Shown: positions 34,817 to 45,517, counted from the stretch's first letter. The stretch: DNA of 64,000 nucleotides from Candidatus Falkowbacteria bacterium (GCA_043801965.1 JAZDLN010000022.1:9989-73988), one strand, 5' to 3'. Numbers and translations are program-made. Notes: a model not told the origin generated them from the sequence alone.

Positions 34817-35779
34817 TTAAACCACCCGCCACCCCTGTCCGGCGTTTTCTATCCGACCCTCCATTACGAAGCCGGAGGCTTTGGCGTGTCCGCCACCGCC
34901 TAAGATTTTAGCTAATTTTGAAATATCTACCGTCGGATGGGTGGTGCGCAAACTACCCTTGATCCGTCCGTCCGCCTCTTCCCGTAGCACCAAGAGTCCG
35001 TTCACGCCGCATAAGTTGCTTAAAAAACCGGCAATGCCGTCAAACTCTTCTTCGGTGGCGCCGGATCGCGCGATGTCCTCGTGGGTAAGTACCGTATAAG
35101 CGAAATTGTATTTTTTGTTGACGCTAAGGTTGTCGATCGCCTTGCCCCAGAATTTCATGCCGGGCAGATTCTTGTTGCGCCAGGTATTTTCGATAATGGT
35201 CGGAAGCCGGGCGCCGGCAGAAAGCATGGCCGCGCCGATCTTTACCGTTTTGTCCGAGGTCGAGGGATAGAGGAAATTGCCGGTATCGATCAGAATTCCG
35301 GCCAGAAGGCAGTTAGCCACGTTCTTGTTCGGTTTTATGCCGTTTGTTTTTAAAAAATCATGCAGTACTTCCGCGGTTGATGAACTTTTCGGCAGCCGGA
35401 TCTCGAGATCGGCGTAATCGTCCATTTTCGGGTGATGGTCGAATTCGATCACGTATTGTCCGCTCCGGCGGTTAAGTATCTCTTTTTCCAGTCCGGTCCG
35501 ACTGATTCCGCCGCAATCCAAGACGACAATAAGGTTGTAAGAGAAAAAATCCAGAGAATTCCTGTCCGACCGGATCTTTTCAATATGGGGAAGAAAATCA
35601 AATTGCGCTGAAGGGGCATCGCCGCAAAAAGCGTCATAATTTTTTTTCGATTCCAGTATTTCGCTCAGGGCGCAAATCGAACCAAGCGCGTCCCCGTCCG
35701 GTTTTTTGTGGGTTACCAGGAGTATTTTATTCGCCGCTTGTATTTTATTCCAGGCGAGCTTAAATTTTTCTTCCGGCAT
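34817..35779 (-). CDS. DHH/DHHA1 phosphoesterase (NrnA-like oligoribonuclease / pAp phosphatase)
   Basis: 320 aa. HKKPDGDALGS, DHH (EFDHHP) and GGGHAKASG (DHHA1) motifs. Confidence 0.85.
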   Translation of the reverse strand: MPEEKFKLAWNKIQAANKILLVTHKKPDGDALGSICALSEILESKKNYDAFCGDAPSAQFDFLPHIEKIRSDRNSLDFFSYNLIVVLDCGGISRTGLEKEILNRRSGQYVIEFDHHPKMDDYADLEIRLPKSSSTAEVLHDFLKTNGIKPNKNVANCLLAGILIDTGNFLYPSTSDKTVKIGAAMLSAGARLPTIIENTWRNKNLPGMKFWGKAIDNLSVNKKYNFAYTVLTHEDIARSGATEEEFDGIAGFLSNLCGVNGLLVLREEADGRIKGSLRTTHPTVDISKLAKILGGGGHAKASGFVMEGRIENAGQGWRVV

Positions 35780-35788
35780 AAATAATCA

Positions 35789-36124
35789 TTAGGCGTTTTT
35801 CATTTCGTCTATGGCCCGGTTTATTTCGGCCGCGTACCGTTCGTTAGCGTCGATCACCCAGTCGAATTTAGGGATCAGTTTAAGGTTAAGCTTCTTTTTC
35901 AGCACGCGGCTGAAGAGGGAATTATTTTTTCTGACCGCTTGGAGGGCCGTGCCGGTCAGATGTTCCGGCAACACGGAAACGCTGACGCGGGCGTGCCGGA
36001 GATCAGGCGAGGTTTTAACGGAAATTACCGTTACAAGACAGCCGTCAACCTCAAGGTTGCCGGCGATAAGGTTCGCGAGCTCGCTCCTTAATATCTCATT
36101 GACTTGTTCTATTCGTCTGGACAT
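35789..36124 (-). CDS. rbfA: Ribosome-binding factor A
   Basis: 111 aa. RIEQVNEILRSELANLI ... VTVISVKTSPDLRHARVSVS pattern. Confidence 0.9.
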   Translation of the reverse strand: MSRRIEQVNEILRSELANLIAGNLEVDGCLVTVISVKTSPDLRHARVSVSVLPEHLTGTALQAVRKNNSLFSRVLKKKLNLKLIPKFDWVIDANERYAAEINRAIDEMKNA

Positions 36125-36152
36125 ATTATCGCGTTACTTTTCGTGTTCGCGG

Positions 36153-38147
36153 TTATAATTTTCCGGTCGTTTCTTGCGTTTTATAAAAACGCAGAATATC
36201 GCCGACCTCTATGATCGGACTACCCTCGTATTCGATACCGCATTCCTGCCCCGTTTCACAGTCGGTAACGTCTTCTTTCGCGGATTGCAATTTTTTAAGT
36301 ATGCCCAAGGTTAAAAACTCCTTATTCCGCCAAACCTCGATCATCGATCCTTTTTCCACCCGTCCTTCTTCGACCCGGCCGCCGACAATCTGGCTCGTTT
36401 TTTCATTTTTAAAAACCGCCATGACCTTGAGTCTGCCCAGATCCTTTCTTTCGGTAACCGGACCAAGCGCGGACAGCATCATGGCTCTGACATCGTTTAT
36501 CAGGTTGTAGATGATGTTGTAAAGCTCTATTTCGATATTTTTTTCCCGGGCCATGTTTTCGATAACCGCCGGTATTTTTACGTTAAAACCGATAACCAGG
36601 CCGTTAGCGGCCTCGGCTCTTTTAAGATCGCCTTCCGTAATATTTCCTAGGCCGCGGCTTATTACCCTTACCCTTACTTTGTCGGTATTGATCTTCTCGA
36701 GCGATTCCTCGATCGCTTCGCCCGAGCCAAGCACGTCGCTTTTGATTATAATATTTATCTTTTTCGCCCTATCGTCTTCCCGGATCGCATTTTCCGGCAT
36801 TTGCGAACCGGCCGACCGGACGATGGTTTTGGTTTTTTTCGATTTCATTTTTTCTCCAAATCCCACTCCGATAATATCGCCGACCCGAGGCAAGGCTTTT
36901 AAGCCCAGGATCTGGATCGGGGTGGCCGGAAGGGCGGATTCTATTTTCTCCCCCTGATAATTATTAAGTCCCCTTACCCGGCCGATATCGATTCCGTCGA
37001 AAACGAGATGATCGCCTACTTTAAGCGTGCCGTTCTGTATAAGGATCGTCGCCACCGGACCGGCGCCTTTATCGACGTGCGATTCTATGATAGTGCCGAG
37101 CGCCGACGCCGCCGGATTAGCCTTTAAGCTTTTCGCCTCCATTTCGGCGGCCAACAGTACCATATCCAGAAGCTCGGTAATACCCCGGCCCTCTTTAGCT
37201 GATACGGGGGCGCAAATCGTCTTGCCGCCCCAGTCTTCCGGGATTATATTAAGCTGCGAGGATAACTCCTGTTTCGTTTTATCAAGATTAGCGCCAGGTT
37301 TGTCTATCTTATTTATCGCCACCACGAAAGGGATCTTCGCTTTTTCAATAATGCGGAAAGCCTCGATCGTCTGCGGTTTGACGCCGTCGTCAGCGGCGAC
37401 CACCAAAATCGCGATATCCGCGATGCGCGCGCCGCGGCTGCGCATGGCGGTAAAAGCCTCATGCCCCGGCGTATCGATAAAAGTGATGAGTTTATGGCGG
37501 CGCATTACCTGATAAGCGCCGATATGCTGGGTTATGCCGCCGGCCTCCCCGTCTACGACGTGAGTCCGTCGGATAGCGTCTAAAAGCTTCGTTTTTCCGT
37601 GATCGACATGGCCCATAACGACAATTACCGGCGGACGCGGTAAAAGATCCTTTTCCTCTTCTTTCGCGAAGGCGCTCTTTATCTTATCTTCCTCTTCCTC
37701 TTCCCTGTTTTCATCCTCTTTTTTCGTTTCAGCCGGTTTTATCTCAAGTCCCAGTTCAGTGCCCACGAGCCAGGCGGTATCGAAATCTATTTTTTCGTTC
37801 AAAGAGGCGAATATTCCGTTTTTCATAAGCTCCGCCAGAATTTTATTAAGCGGCGCGCCGGATAAAGCGGCTAATTCCCTGACTGTGACCAGTCGCGGAA
37901 TACTGATCGTTTTTTTCTCAGCGGCTGTTTCTTTTTCCGGAATATTTATTTTTTCTTTTTGTAATTCAAGCTCTTTTTGTCTGGCTATTTTGCGTCTGAT
38001 ATCCGGCCATTCTTTCATGATTTTGTTCGCGACGTGGCCGTCGATTTTGATGGCTTTTTGGCCAATATCAAAACCGTATTGCGGCAAATAGTCGCGCAAT
38101 TCCTGCGGATTAACTCTTAAAATTCTGGCTAATTCGGTTACATTCAT
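36153..38147 (-). CDS. infB: Translation initiation factor IF-2
   Basis: 664 aa. GHVDHGKT, DTPGH and NKID GTPase motifs plus C-terminal IF2 domains. Confidence 0.95.
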   Translation of the reverse strand: MNVTELARILRVNPQELRDYLPQYGFDIGQKAIKIDGHVANKIMKEWPDIRRKIARQKELELQKEKINIPEKETAAEKKTISIPRLVTVRELAALSGAPLNKILAELMKNGIFASLNEKIDFDTAWLVGTELGLEIKPAETKKEDENREEEEEDKIKSAFAKEEEKDLLPRPPVIVVMGHVDHGKTKLLDAIRRTHVVDGEAGGITQHIGAYQVMRRHKLITFIDTPGHEAFTAMRSRGARIADIAILVVAADDGVKPQTIEAFRIIEKAKIPFVVAINKIDKPGANLDKTKQELSSQLNIIPEDWGGKTICAPVSAKEGRGITELLDMVLLAAEMEAKSLKANPAASALGTIIESHVDKGAGPVATILIQNGTLKVGDHLVFDGIDIGRVRGLNNYQGEKIESALPATPIQILGLKALPRVGDIIGVGFGEKMKSKKTKTIVRSAGSQMPENAIREDDRAKKINIIIKSDVLGSGEAIEESLEKINTDKVRVRVISRGLGNITEGDLKRAEAANGLVIGFNVKIPAVIENMAREKNIEIELYNIIYNLINDVRAMMLSALGPVTERKDLGRLKVMAVFKNEKTSQIVGGRVEEGRVEKGSMIEVWRNKEFLTLGILKKLQSAKEDVTDCETGQECGIEYEGSPIIEVGDILRFYKTQETTGKL

Positions 38148-38302
38148 GGATTATTTTTTTAATATTAGTAAATTTAAAATTCAAGGGCAATCTACCCTGA
38201 ATTTTATTTAATTTTACAATATTTTTTTGTAAAAGTCAACCAAAGATTTGGATTTTTCAATAAAACCGTGTTATGGTATAAACATGTTAGTTTTATCGTC
38301 TT

Positions 38303-38989
38303 ATGGAAGATAAAAGCGGATTTTTAATAATAAATAAACCGGCAGGGCCGACTTCGCACGATATGATCGATAAATTGCGCCGGCTTACCGGAATAAAGAA
38401 GATCGGCCACGCCGGCACGCTCGATCCGTTCGCCCGGGGTGTTTTGATCGTGGCCGTAGGCCGGAGGGCAACAAGAGAAATAAGCCGGTTCGTAAAATCA
38501 GACAAAGAGTATATCGCCACGCTGCGCCTGGGCGCGACCACGGACACTTATGATCTCACGGGCCGCGTGGAAGTGGCGCCGGAGCCGATCTCCGGACACC
38601 CGGAGTCCGGCTCCGTGGCGGCGGTTTTGCGGAAATTCACGGGCCGGCAGAAGCAGATTCCTCCGATGTACAGCGCGAAAAAGATCAACGGCCAAAAATT
38701 ATATAATCTGGCCCGCAAAGGAATCGAGATTGAACGCGCGCCAACGGAAATAAATATTTACGAGATCGAATTATTGTCATATGAATGGCCGTTTTTAAAA
38801 GTTAAAATAAGGTGCTCTTCCGGCACCTATATCCGTTCGCTCGCGCACGACATCGGAGCGGCTCTCGGCTGCGGCGCCTATCTCGAAGAACTTACCCGCT
38901 CGGCCGTGGGCGATTTCCGAATCGCGGAAGCGAAGACGCTTGAAGAATTAGAAATAGAGGGATGGGAGGAATGTCTTTTGCGGGCATGA
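38303..38989 (+). CDS. truB: tRNA pseudouridine(55) synthase
   Basis: 228 aa. GFLIINKPAGPTSHD and GHAGTLDPFARG catalytic-Asp motif. Confidence 0.95.
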   Translation: MEDKSGFLIINKPAGPTSHDMIDKLRRLTGIKKIGHAGTLDPFARGVLIVAVGRRATREISRFVKSDKEYIATLRLGATTDTYDLTGRVEVAPEPISGHPESGSVAAVLRKFTGRQKQIPPMYSAKKINGQKLYNLARKGIEIERAPTEINIYEIELLSYEWPFLKVKIRCSSGTYIRSLAHDIGAALGCGAYLEELTRSAVGDFRIAEAKTLEELEIEGWEECLLRA

Positions 38990-39020
38990 TGTTCCTCATG
39001 AATCTCTTTCCTTGCCAGCA

Positions 39021-39228
39021 TCGCCCCGGGGTAAACCCCTGGGCTATTTTAATATTTTTAAGCCCGCTCAAGCGGGCTAACGATTTAAATGTTTTAACAA
39101 AAATCCAGCTTTAGTTGTGTCTATTGTGACCGTAAATATATCAAAAATATTCTCTAAATATTTTTAACTCTTAGCGCCATTTATGGCGCTTTTAAATTGT
39201 TAGCCCTGGGGGTTTACCCCCGGGGCGA
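39021..39228. repeat. 208-bp cassette bounded by 26/28-bp imperfect inverted repeats
   Basis: tcgccccggggtaaacccctgggcta (39021-39046) versus the reverse complement of tagccctgggggtttacccccggggcga (39201-39228); differences are two 1-nt indels and one substitution. Two internal hairpins (agcccgct-caa-gcgggct and agcgcc-attt-atggcgct). Confidence 0.75.
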
Positions 39229-39349
39229 TAAAGAACTGAGCGTGCCGATTCACTTCCGAGACGGCCGGAAAACAATAACACGCAAAAATAATTTTTTAAC
39301 AACTTTAAAAGCCTTATCTTCCGATAAGGCTTTGTTGAATATCTTTGGG

Positions 39350-40204
39350 TTAGACTTCGTCCTCCGTGGCCGCTCGTTCCAGGCGGCGACGGATCAGCTC
39401 AAGTTTATCGCTGAAACGGCTTTTTCGCCAGAAAGGAGGCTTTTCCGCTTCTCCGGCAACCCGGCGAATATCCCCGAGAATAGCCCTGTAGACATTCAAA
39501 TCGCTCATTAATTCTTCGTTAGTTGCCAGCATGTTACGGAGCGCGAAAGCGCTAGATTTTAATTCGGCTTCCTGGGTTCTTATGATTTCCGGGAAATTTT
39601 CAATTAAAGTCTGAAAATGTTTAACCATTTTATGGGCCTCTTCCCGAGACCTTCTGAGGCTCTTATTATCCCGCCGCAATTGTTCAAGCTCTTTTTTATC
39701 AGCGCCGCGGGCAATCATGCCGAGATCGGCCAAAGTGATCCTGCCGAGAATATGCTTGATTATGGCTTCGGCCGGAACATAGCGAAATTTGCGCGCCCTG
39801 GATATAGCCTCGTTAGAGCAGAAAAATGAATTTCTGACCCGCAGATATATATCGCCCTCAATGATCGAATACATTATTTTTTTACCTGGCCTTATGTCTT
39901 TCGGCGGATCAATAAAAGCGAACGGTATCATCTCGTACTCAGTCGCATTTTTGGCGTCTTCATCCGGCCATCTTTGTATCCACTCAAGTATAATTATTTG
40001 AGCGTCTTCGCAATCCCCCCGAACAAACACAAACTCCCGTTTGGATTTGCGCGGCAAATCTATCAAAATTTCTTTTATCGGTAATATTCCCGGTGGGACG
40101 TTGGTTCCGCTAAACGAGGCCGCGAGCAAATAAAAACTATTACCATTTTTTGTCAGCCTTATGAGCCCCACCTCCTCCGTCACTTCCGCTTTAAACTTTG
40201 ACAT
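39350..40204 (-). CDS. Hypothetical protein with a coiled-coil C-terminal half
   Basis: Start at MSKFKAEV with a strong AAGGAGG SD. No motif recognised. Confidence 0.6.
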   Translation of the reverse strand: MSKFKAEVTEEVGLIRLTKNGNSFYLLAASFSGTNVPPGILPIKEILIDLPRKSKREFVFVRGDCEDAQIIILEWIQRWPDEDAKNATEYEMIPFAFIDPPKDIRPGKKIMYSIIEGDIYLRVRNSFFCSNEAISRARKFRYVPAEAIIKHILGRITLADLGMIARGADKKELEQLRRDNKSLRRSREEAHKMVKHFQTLIENFPEIIRTQEAELKSSAFALRNMLATNEELMSDLNVYRAILGDIRRVAGEAEKPPFWRKSRFSDKLELIRRRLERAATEDEV

Positions 40205-40444
40205 AAAATCCTCCTTTTTCCAGCCGGATATCACCGGCTAAAGAGTCGGCGCGGATATCACCGCGCCTGGGGCGAATTTTTCCCCGCCCGTAGGGGGAAT
40301 GTAAAGAACGTGGAGCTTGAACATAAATTAGCATATTCATAATAATCTGTCAAGAGGAATTTATTTATTTTTAGCTGTTTTTAGCCTTTTAACTGTAATA
40401 TTTTTCCTTTTTTAACGTATTATTAATATAGTGAGACGAATTTT

Positions 40445-40600
40445 ATGAATTTACTTTTAAACCATAACTTAAGCCAAATCATGAAAACTAGGGCGGATCT
40501 CGCCGGAGCGGCTTTTGCCTATGTTCCGGAATATTGCCTTCTTGGTCTGGCTTCAGGCGGTTTAATTATAAATTCCATCGTATTGCCGAATAAAAATTAA
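40445..40600 (+). CDS. Candidate small hydrophobic protein, 51 aa, below the ORF-track cutoff
   Basis: Hand translation: MNLLLNHNLSQIMKTRADLAGAAFAYVPEYCLLGLASGGLIINSIVLPNKN. Followed by its own terminator. No clear SD. Confidence 0.3.
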   Translation: MNLLLNHNLSQIMKTRADLAGAAFAYVPEYCLLGLASGGLIINSIVLPNKN

Positions 40601-40628
40601 ATCGCTTCGTATATATTAAATCCCCTAA

Positions 40629-40655
40629 AGCCAGGCCGAGACGCCTGGCTTTTTA
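40629..40655 (+). terminator. Intrinsic terminator
   Basis: agccaggc-cgagac-gcctggct hairpin plus T-run. Confidence 0.7.
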
Positions 40656-40688
40656 TTATCGCTCTTTAAAATCAGAAAGGGGGAGGAC

Positions 40689-41879
40689 ATGACCAAAAAG
40701 AAAATCTTATCGCTTTATTACGGCCTGGAATTCCTGATTAATCTTGGGACGTCGTTTTTTTTCGCCACCTACGCGATCTTTCTTCTTTCAAAGGGGCTTA
40801 ACCTGTGGCAGATAAACCTGATTAACGCCTGCTTTATGCTCGCCGGCGCCCTTTTTGAAATACCGACCGGATCAGTCGCGGATAATTACGGCCGAAAGCT
40901 TTCGTTCGTGCTTTCCTGCTTTATCACGGGAGCGTCTATGCTCGTCTATTATTTTTCCTCGACTTTCACGTGGTTCGTCGTGGCGGAAATAATCGCGGCC
41001 TTGGGCGTTACCTTCGCTTCGGGCGCGTTTGACGCCTGGGCGGTTGACTCCCTTGATTTCTCGGGCGAAGCCTTCTGTCTAAACAAAATCATGGGCGGCA
41101 AGGCGAAAAGCGCGAACATCGGTCGCGTTATCGGCTCAGTCGCTGGCGCCTACGCCGGCGCGGTAGATATCGCTCTGCCCTGGCTCGTGGCCGGAACCGT
41201 GCTTATATTATCCGGCGTGTTGGCCGCCTTTCTTATGGACGAGCCATATTTCCGGGACCGGAAAAAAACCGGGACAGAGCGGACGGGGATGAAAAAAATC
41301 ATCGCGGACAGTTGCCGCTTCGGGATAAAAAACCGGTCGGTCTTCTTCCTTTGCCTTACGGCTATGTCTTTCTGTTTCGCCTGCATGCCGTTAAATATGT
41401 TCTGGCAGCCGTTTTTTCGCGACGGCTTAGGCGTGCCGGTCGTGGCCTTAGGCTGGATCTACGGCGGTATCGTCTTAATGGCCTACCTCGGAAACGAACT
41501 TTTCGGGCGCCTGGGGCATAAATTCAAAAAGGAAAAATACGCCCTGCTTCTGAGCCTGGCCGTATTCGCCATCGCCGCGATATTCGCCGCCTTAAGCCCA
41601 GTCTTATTTCTGGCCCTCGCCGGTTTTTACGCCCACGAGCTCGCGCGCGGCTTCTACTCTCCGGCGCAAGGCGTTTATCTTAACCGCCGCATCCCGGGCC
41701 GGATGCGCGCCACGATTCAATCCTTCGTTTCGGCCTTAGACGGCCTCGGCGCTTTCGCCGGCCTTTTAGCAAGCGGCTGGATCGCCCAAAAATACGGCGT
41801 CAACGCCGCCTGGATAAGCGCCGGCTCCTTCCTGATCTGCGCGACCCTGGCTTTAAGCCTAATGAAAAACGGAGAGTAA
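40689..41879 (+). CDS. MFS transporter
   Basis: 396 aa, about 12 TM. GSVADNYGRK loop 2-3 motif. GGGGGA SD. Confidence 0.85.
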   Translation: MTKKKILSLYYGLEFLINLGTSFFFATYAIFLLSKGLNLWQINLINACFMLAGALFEIPTGSVADNYGRKLSFVLSCFITGASMLVYYFSSTFTWFVVAEIIAALGVTFASGAFDAWAVDSLDFSGEAFCLNKIMGGKAKSANIGRVIGSVAGAYAGAVDIALPWLVAGTVLILSGVLAAFLMDEPYFRDRKKTGTERTGMKKIIADSCRFGIKNRSVFFLCLTAMSFCFACMPLNMFWQPFFRDGLGVPVVALGWIYGGIVLMAYLGNELFGRLGHKFKKEKYALLLSLAVFAIAAIFAALSPVLFLALAGFYAHELARGFYSPAQGVYLNRRIPGRMRATIQSFVSALDGLGAFAGLLASGWIAQKYGVNAAWISAGSFLICATLALSLMKNGE

Positions 41880-41887
41880 AAAGCCAA

Positions 41888-41915
41888 ACGGCTTCGAATA
41901 TTCGAAGCCGTTTTA
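41888..41915 (+). terminator. Intrinsic terminator
   Basis: Perfect palindrome cggcttcgaatattcgaagccg plus T-run. Confidence 0.8.
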
Positions 41916-42007
41916 TTATTCTTGCGCGAATAATATTTTTAAGACCACCATTTTTGTGTTATTATTAAAATATCACTAATTTTAAAAGTAATTATTATTA
42001 ATAATTT

Positions 42008-43405
42008 ATGAAATATAAAATTTTATTTATTTTGGTTTTTGGTTTTATTCTTTCTTTTCAAGCAAGCGCCGATTCCGCTCCCAGCGTAAAACCCGGGGCG
42101 GATATAAAATCTTTAAAAGACAGCAATATACAAATGAAAGAAGAGATGGTTACTATTGATATAAAGGAAAACAAAGAACTTGAAAAGAATAATGGTTCTT
42201 TGAACAGATATTACGCGCACGTTAAAGCAGAATTTATTTTTATTAATGAAGGGGATAAAAAAACAATAGATGTCGGGTTTCCATTGGACGATTTAGATAC
42301 TTTACACTTGGGAGACTTAATGTCACCCGACAATTTCAGAGTTTATATTGATGGTCAGGAGGCCACAACAACTGCCGTCAAACTGAACGAAAACAGCCAC
42401 GGAGATGACTGGATAGCTTGGAAAAACCCATTTAACAAGGGAGAAAATAAAACCATTGTTGAGTACGATATTGAAGCCCATTATCCGGGCGGGTACACAG
42501 GGTCGACTTACGATCATGCGCTTTTTTACGTACTTGAAACCGGTGCGGGCTGGAATGGATTGATAGAAAAGGCCGATATAACAATAAATTTTCCCGATGA
42601 TTTTAATTTGGAGAAATATGCCGAATACGGTTTTTTCCCCTCCGAACAACCTGCTTACGCAATAATTGATATTTTTCCCAGGAATTATAAAATTGTCAGT
42701 AAAAACCAAATAAAAATATCATTTAATGATTTTGATCCTGTGCATAACGATAATATAAGAATATATTTTAGTGGCGCTGAAAAATACAATAATCTGATTT
42801 CCGCCCTGGATGATTACAATAAAAATTATAACCAATTAGATTCTGATCAATATATTAATTTGGGCAAGGCTTACCTGGCGTTTTCATCTTGCAAGATGAA
42901 GGGTGGCAACGAGTATGCTGGACAGTTTAGTGAAATCGCCTTCAATTATTTAAGTAGATTTTATGGTATAAGTGATTTTGAAAAAAAGATAAATACGGGA
43001 CTGGAGATTATTTCTCTTATGACGAACAAAGGGAATTGTATTGATGAAGATAGGGCAGTAAATTATTTAAAATATATACTTAATAACAAATTAGACGATT
43101 TGCCGGAGGAAACGAAAATAAAAATTGATGAACTGAGAAAAAAATATTTAATAGAAGAAATCGACAATGAGGAATTTACCGCAAATAGTATCACGGAAGA
43201 GATTGGCGTTGGAACGAATAATTCGAAAGACGCAACGGCTTCTGAAAATTCGCTTTTTCCAAATGAAGCGGGGCGTGATAATCAATGTGCTAAAACTAAA
43301 ATTTCAGTCTTTGCGGGTTTTAGTTATTTATTAAATGGTTTATTAATAATCATATTTACGGTATTTTTGCTGAGGAGCAAGAAAAAAATTAAAACAACTC
43401 TTTGA
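42008..43405 (+). CDS. Hypothetical secreted protein with a C-terminal membrane anchor (AT-rich island)
   Basis: 465 aa. Signal peptide ...SFQASA/DS. C-terminal hydrophobic helix plus a basic tail (LLRSKKKIKTTL). N/K/I/Y-rich. Confidence 0.65.
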   Translation: MKYKILFILVFGFILSFQASADSAPSVKPGADIKSLKDSNIQMKEEMVTIDIKENKELEKNNGSLNRYYAHVKAEFIFINEGDKKTIDVGFPLDDLDTLHLGDLMSPDNFRVYIDGQEATTTAVKLNENSHGDDWIAWKNPFNKGENKTIVEYDIEAHYPGGYTGSTYDHALFYVLETGAGWNGLIEKADITINFPDDFNLEKYAEYGFFPSEQPAYAIIDIFPRNYKIVSKNQIKISFNDFDPVHNDNIRIYFSGAEKYNNLISALDDYNKNYNQLDSDQYINLGKAYLAFSSCKMKGGNEYAGQFSEIAFNYLSRFYGISDFEKKINTGLEIISLMTNKGNCIDEDRAVNYLKYILNNKLDDLPEETKIKIDELRKKYLIEEIDNEEFTANSITEEIGVGTNNSKDATASENSLFPNEAGRDNQCAKTKISVFAGFSYLLNGLLIIIFTVFLLRSKKKIKTTL

Positions 43406-43453
43406 TTTTGTGAAATTTTTAACGATTAATATAGGTCATTTTTTAAAAACTCT

Positions 43454-45475
43454 ATGGTAAAAAATTTAAAAATCATTTTTATCATCACGTTTGCGGTTTT
43501 TTTAATATTCATTTCCGCTATAGGTTTGTTATCTAGCCCAAAGGAAGAACTCGTAAGACCCGCGTCGGTTGAAACTTTTGACGATAAATACAAAGGGATT
43601 ATATACCGAAGATATACCAATGATTATTTTAAAATCCAGTTTGATTTTTATGACGAAAAAAACGCTTTAAAATTTTACGAGTCAGAATTCGGCATAAGCA
43701 TTTGGAATAAATCCTCTCTCGCTTACCCATTGGCAACAAAGCCCGAAGCTGAAATAAAATTTTATGATTATCCTAAAAAAAAGTCATTATACGAATTCAT
43801 ACATTCAAAATATGGTCATCCCGATCAGACTGCGAAACTAATAGATATCAACGATGAGTTGCGTGATGACATGCCGACGTTCAAGGTGTGGTACCAAGAA
43901 GGAGGGAGAGCGGACAGGCTCGCTTTTTATGTTGATTTAGATTGGTCTGACACCAAGGTTAACAGGCAAATTATGGAAATCTATTGTAATAATAACGAAT
44001 TTTGCCACGAATTAGTAGTATCGTTGAAATATTTAAATATCAATTCAAGCGCCGCCAATTACCTTCAGGTCAACCAAAAGGTGGAAAGCGCGAAAGAGTG
44101 CGATGAAAAATATTTAAAAATAACCAGTGATACTATTAATAATATAGCTTCAGGCAGTAAGAACGTGATGACGGAAGGAGTGTTTAAAGATTATTTATCC
44201 TGTTTTTATGGAAATTTGCCGACCCGGACCGAGGTAAAAGATTTTAACAACGATGGACAGAAAGAAATAATCGTTTTTTTCGGAAGCGACAAAAGAGGCG
44301 TGTATCTTATGTCCGCGCTATCTTACTATAATGATTATTTTCGCCCTGTAAAATTTATCGATATACAAAACAAAAAAGGGGCATCAAAGGAAATATTGCC
44401 GGTGCCTTCATCAATCGTGGCGAAAGAGGTTGTTTATGATTTCGATGATGACGGTATTTTTGAGGTCATCGGGGCAGGAGGCAATGTCTATTCGTTCCAG
44501 GATAATGAGTTTATCCGGTTCAATAACATTGATTTTTCACCCGTAAATAGCAGAGAGGGCAAAAAATACGGATGGTACTGGGATAATAGTTCCCACGCTT
44601 CGTCCCCGGACAAAAAGCATGTTGCCTGGACGGTGCATGATGACGGCAATGGCGGCGGACCGGCTATAATCATATACACCGTTGAAACGGGAAAATTCCA
44701 AAGCCTCTATCCCGGAATCATGGAGTTAAAAGATTCTGGGCTGGAATCATATTTAATCGATTTTTTAAGATGGATAGACAACGACAGTTTTATTTTTATA
44801 AAAAAAGCATGCGGTCACCCAGGATGCGATTATGAAATACGCAAACTTTCCGTATCGAGCGGCGATGTTGAAAATTTAAGAATGGTTTACGACGGTTCCT
44901 TTGAGAATAATGACGATACTGACGATGATATTATCAGGTATTCGGCTGATTGTATCGTATCAGAGGAAATCAGAAGGATGAAAAAGGAATGCCCGGAGTA
45001 CGGCGATACGGATTGCTGGAAAATTTACAGGGACGAGGCATATGGTTTTTACGGAAAAAAATTTGGGATCGAAATTAAATATCCGCCGGACTGGAAAATA
45101 AATGCCGATTACGAAACATCTTTTTTTCCGCCGAAAGAAAAAAATAATACCTATGACGCAGCCATCGTCAACCCGGGTTTCACCTTGTATCAACTGCCGA
45201 TCGATACGTCGCTGGCTGATTATTTTCTTAAGCAAAAACAAGTTGTTAATTTTAATCATGTGAATATCAGGGATTACGAAGTATATGAATCTTTTGAGAA
45301 TGGGAGCTCTGGGCAGGCGTATGTTTTGACCTTCGGTAAAAATGAAAATATTATCAGGCTTGCTTTCAGGGGGAAAACCAAATTCGACGATCTTAGCCCG
45401 GTGGAGAAAAAAATCGTTGATAGTTTTGATTTTATTGAAATGGGTCAGGAAAGAGTCTGTGATGAAAAATTTTAG
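43454..45475 (+). CDS. Hypothetical large N-terminally anchored protein with FG-GAP-like DxDxDG segments (AT-rich island)
   Basis: 673 aa. N-terminal TM. DFNNDGQKEIIVF and YDFDDDGIFEVIG resemble FG-GAP/VCBS calcium-binding repeats. Confidence 0.65.
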   Translation: MVKNLKIIFIITFAVFLIFISAIGLLSSPKEELVRPASVETFDDKYKGIIYRRYTNDYFKIQFDFYDEKNALKFYESEFGISIWNKSSLAYPLATKPEAEIKFYDYPKKKSLYEFIHSKYGHPDQTAKLIDINDELRDDMPTFKVWYQEGGRADRLAFYVDLDWSDTKVNRQIMEIYCNNNEFCHELVVSLKYLNINSSAANYLQVNQKVESAKECDEKYLKITSDTINNIASGSKNVMTEGVFKDYLSCFYGNLPTRTEVKDFNNDGQKEIIVFFGSDKRGVYLMSALSYYNDYFRPVKFIDIQNKKGASKEILPVPSSIVAKEVVYDFDDDGIFEVIGAGGNVYSFQDNEFIRFNNIDFSPVNSREGKKYGWYWDNSSHASSPDKKHVAWTVHDDGNGGGPAIIIYTVETGKFQSLYPGIMELKDSGLESYLIDFLRWIDNDSFIFIKKACGHPGCDYEIRKLSVSSGDVENLRMVYDGSFENNDDTDDDIIRYSADCIVSEEIRRMKKECPEYGDTDCWKIYRDEAYGFYGKKFGIEIKYPPDWKINADYETSFFPPKEKNNTYDAAIVNPGFTLYQLPIDTSLADYFLKQKQVVNFNHVNIRDYEVYESFENGSSGQAYVLTFGKNENIIRLAFRGKTKFDDLSPVEKKIVDSFDFIEMGQERVCDEKF

Positions 45476-45517
45476 AGCCAGCACGGGTAAAAGCCAGATT
45501 ATTCCTAAAACAAAAAA

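Noticed and set aside
300-38147. Numerous 60-190-aa antisense or out-of-frame ORFs inside pnp, the PLP enzyme, ppsA, infB, tsaD, the GT4 gene and others (for example 1651-2217, 13152-13625, 13653-14168, 36553-36957, 37027-37512).
   Set aside because: Each is fully nested in a longer ORF with clear family motifs, making them typical shadow ORFs.
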